A DNA stretch of 64,000 nucleotides, taken from contig OZ241833.1 in the NCBI GenBank assembly GCA_965202585.1, positions 22,258,001 to 22,322,000 on the forward strand, read 5' to 3'. This stretch comes from Thalia democratica. Its lineage: Eukaryota. How positions within the stretch are numbered: position 1 is the first letter of the stretch; every line of letters begins with the position of its first letter. Of this stretch, positions 60,457-64,000 are shown piece after piece. Position numbers and translations under genes: made by a program. The notes beneath the pieces are model-generated. The model was not told the DNA's origin. It did no database searches and worked only from the letters and a program-made list of their open reading frames with translations.

Positions 60457-63084
60457 CAGGGGCGTAGCGTGAAAGGGACGCTGGCGAATAAGTGCCACCC
60501 AAAAAAAATTAGTAAAAAAAAATGCAATATCTTTATCCTTTATTGTTTTTTTTTTCTTAATTTGCCTTTTTTCAACTATGTTTTTCTACTATTCGAAAAG
60601 TAAAACGAAATTTCGAATACCAATTAGTGACAAGTTAGGGAAATTACCCAGTATACTGATTCGGTGCGTAATTGCAAATGCGCACCGATGTTGATGAAAA
60701 ACTCCATAAGGAAATTTTTATAACTTTATTAACTTCATAAGAATTTAAACTCAAACAGTACGCAACTAGTTAGTGCACCGCAGTAGTATAACCTTATGAC
60801 AGATTTTTTAAATAGACAAATGCTAACATTTTGTTAACAAACCATAAAGCTAAACCTGTTTTATAGTGACAATGATTCAAGAAAAAAAAAACTGTAGTAA
60901 AAATAGCAATAAACAATTGCTAATAAAATAAAAATAAATTGATAATAAAAATAAAAAATACTAACAACATAATTTAAAAGAAAAACAAAAAAATAACAGA
61001 AAAAAAAATTAAACAAATAATAAACAAACAGTTCATACTGTGATTACAGTTTTAATCTCACCACACAAAAAGTATTGTTTAGATTAACTAAACATAAAAA
61101 ATTTTTTGAAGTAGTTTTTTTTTTTTTATTAAGATAAAAAACAAATCAAAATTTGTTATTTTATCAGCCATAAAGTTAAAAATTAATCAATTTTTGTAGC
61201 AAGTTATTTTAAAATTTCTTTAGTTACATCATGAATAAATTTGTAGCAACTTGTATAACAAAATTTTTTACAATCAATTTTTAGTCTAAAAGACATAATT
61301 GATTAATTTTAAATTTAAGTTTATTTTGTTTTAAATCAAGTTTTAAATGATATTAAAAAAAAAATCTTTCTACCAACTGTTTGTAGTATTTAAAAAATGC
61401 TGTTCCCTAAAGATCTTAGAAAAACTGACTTTAAGATAAAGCAAAAGTTATATTTCTTGTGAACTTTTAAAAGCATTGAAAAAGTTGACCTTATAAAATT
61501 TATCTTTCAAACATTTTGTTTTGTATCAGAAACATTAAGTAAAATCTTTCCACACACTCAGGATAACTCAGGATTTTATAAAGTTTTATAAAACTTTAGT
61601 ATGACTCAGTAAAAATCATGATAACTCTGAATGTTTTAAGTATTTTTAAGCTCAGGCTGACTAAGGATAGACTTGTTTTTTTTTTAACTCAAGGTAGATT
61701 TAGTGGTTTTAAAAGCTTTGTTATAAAGCTTAGTTTCCATTAGTTTAAAAACAGTAAAAAAAATCTGTAAAAGAATTTGAAATGCTTATGATGACACATG
61801 ACATTTTTAAACTAACTCAGGACAGTTATTTTGACTCAAAGAGTTGCAAGGCAATCCTGATATCTTCAAAGTTATTTGTTTTTTGTTTTTTTTCGTAAAA
61901 TATGTTTTATAATACTAAAGAAAAAGAAAACATTTGTTTTCATTAATTTTTAGATTATTATTTAAAATAATATGCCAAGTAATGTTGTATGGAATGATGC
62001 AAGTATAAAAATATGTCAGGTAGGAAAATTATCTGACGTTCAAAAGCTTGAATTTAAAAATAGCACACCAACACCAGATATTACTATTACTCAAGACTGC
62101 ATATCAAGTGGTATCAAATTTTTATTTTTAATTTTGTTTATACTTCAGATTTTCTTCATTTATTAAGATTTATTTTTACAGTTTTATATTATAATATAGG
62201 TAAAATGTAGAAGTTAAAAAAAACTAGCTCTTTAGATTTCTCCTACAAAAAACTTAAAATTTTCAATTTTAATACTAAAGATTTAACATTTTTATATAAA
62301 TGATAAAGATAATATATTAAAAGCTGCAATAAATTAAAAGTATGAGTTTTTTTGGGTTTAATACAATTCATTTTTGTTGATGTAAAATAGATATTGAACA
62401 TTATTTAGAAATTACACAGAGAAAAATGCTTTGAGGTATTAATTGTTATACTTAGTTGACTATTTATTTGTATTTAAAGGCCATAGGAAGGTTAAGCAAT
62501 GTTTTTTAGAAGTTATTTTATTTGAAATGTTTTTTTAAAGCTTTAAGACGCTTTTTATTGTTTAAAAAAATTCGAATTATTTTTTGAGATATGACCAGTC
62601 AAAGTCGGGCCGCATAATAGGTTACCTATTGGAAGGAAAAACTAAAACAGCGAAAAAAGGCTAGTTTGTTTAAAATCTATCTCCTCCTACATTTTTCAAG
62701 CAATCTTCTTCAAATTTTAACAGTTTAATCTTTATACAATAACAGAAAAACCTTGCTTGTGAATTTAAAAATTTATAGTAAAAATGTATTTTTTTTGAAA
62801 GAAAAAGACTATTTTTTTAATTTTTGTGATAAAATTTTTATTTATTTTTTTTAATTCCTATTTAATTATCTAAATTCTTAAGTAACATTTTTTTCTTGTA
62901 ATTTAAGAAGTATTTTCTAAAGTTTTAAGAAGATTGCTTGAAAAATGAAGTAGGAGATAGATTTTTAGTAATTTTTTAAATTTCCTAGAAAAAAGACCCC
63001 GAAAAATTTGCGGCCCAAAAGTTTTAATTAAGGAATTTTTTTTTTTTAATTTTCGCACCACCTGACCAAAATACCACGCCACTG
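60457..63084 (+). mobile_element. hAT DNA transposon relic (possibly Tip100-like), 2628 bp
   Basis: Termini CAGGGGCGTAG / CCACGCCACTG with perfect 8-bp TSD ATACATAT (60449-60456, 63085-63092). ORF 61972-62166 (KLSDVQKLEFKNSTPTPDITITQ) resembles the N-terminus of Tip100-type transposases from memory only. Confidence 0.88.
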
Positions 63085-64000
63085 ATACATATGATATTTA
63101 CGCAAATATTTAAAGTATAAACTACACTCCTGAGCTAAAAACTTAAATTATACAAAGTATATATCCACTTATAAAAATATGCAATTGTTTTTTGAGCTTA
63201 ATTTTTAGCTGACAGAATGAATTTTATGAAAAACTCTTAATTTCTTTCAAAAATCAACAAAAAACTTTCTTTTTCTCAAGCTTTTTTATACACTTATATT
63301 TTAGGTTTTGAATTGAACAAAAATAGTTCTTATTTTATTTAAAAATTAAGGAGACAAATATACAAGATTAATTGTTCAACATTTTTATTTGCAAAACAAA
63401 GTTTCATCCTTTAAGGGATCTTCAGTTACAATTTAAATATGAAAAATAAAAGTTAAACAAAAGATGGAAGATACTATAAAGCAAAACAAAATAAGTATAT
63501 TAGAAATTGTACATAAATCTAGCTAGAAAAATAATCAAGAATTTAAATACAGTACTAAATAAACACTATGGGTTTAGGGCCCTTAAAAACAGAATATGAA
63601 ACTGTTATATTAAAAATAAAACATTTTTCGCTCAAAAATTTTAAAACTAATCTTTAAAGATTTCATCTTAAACAGTAAACAAACTGCCACAGAGTAAGCT
63701 AGGTCAATTAAATAAAATTTTGTCTAAAAAAATATCTGCAGTATGAACTTTGTGCCATGTTTTTGACAGGAACTTTGTGTAATTTCTGACAAGAGTTTTG
63801 CGTAAACTCTTTGACAGGAGTTTTTCTTGGCACTTATAAAGATTCAAAATATCAATTTTTTTCTATCTATTTACGAAAAACATAGAGTAGTACAAATATC
63901 GATGCTAAGTTTTTATTTGGTAGTTACGATTAACAATTAATTATCTTTCCTAGTCTTTTTTTTTATTTAGCTCAAAAATGATATAAACTATACTAGGCCT

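Overview
Very AT-rich eukaryotic (animal) genomic DNA with GT-AG introns; no prokaryotic operons, CRISPR arrays, rRNA or tRNA genes were seen. Coding sequence stands out as GC/CpG-rich islands. Main content: (1) a ~15-16-exon secretin-family (class B1) GPCR, most similar to PTH receptors, on the minus strand (stop 6804, confident exons to 19039, probable 5' exons at 20724-20768 and ~22690-22740), reconstructed by hand with all splice phases in frame; (2) a disrupted intronless PARP/ART-catalytic-domain pseudogene (33857-34517, -); (3) an intronless PIM-like Ser/Thr kinase (53682-54950, +) convergent with a two-exon BACK-Kelch gene lacking a recognisable BTB domain (59150-59009 + 57595-56193, -); (4) many TE relics: two hAT elements with perfect 8-bp TSDs, a CR1/L2-type RT fragment, five copies of a SINE-like repeat, a foldback-like element with AAAATTGCACG arms, and a 4.36-kb element whose inverted arms are telomere-motif 15-mer arrays (GTGATCGGGTTAGAA) flanked by a symmetric 9-bp direct repeat. 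The gene types and composition suggest an invertebrate chordate such as a tunicate, but this is inference only. All coordinates were counted by hand.
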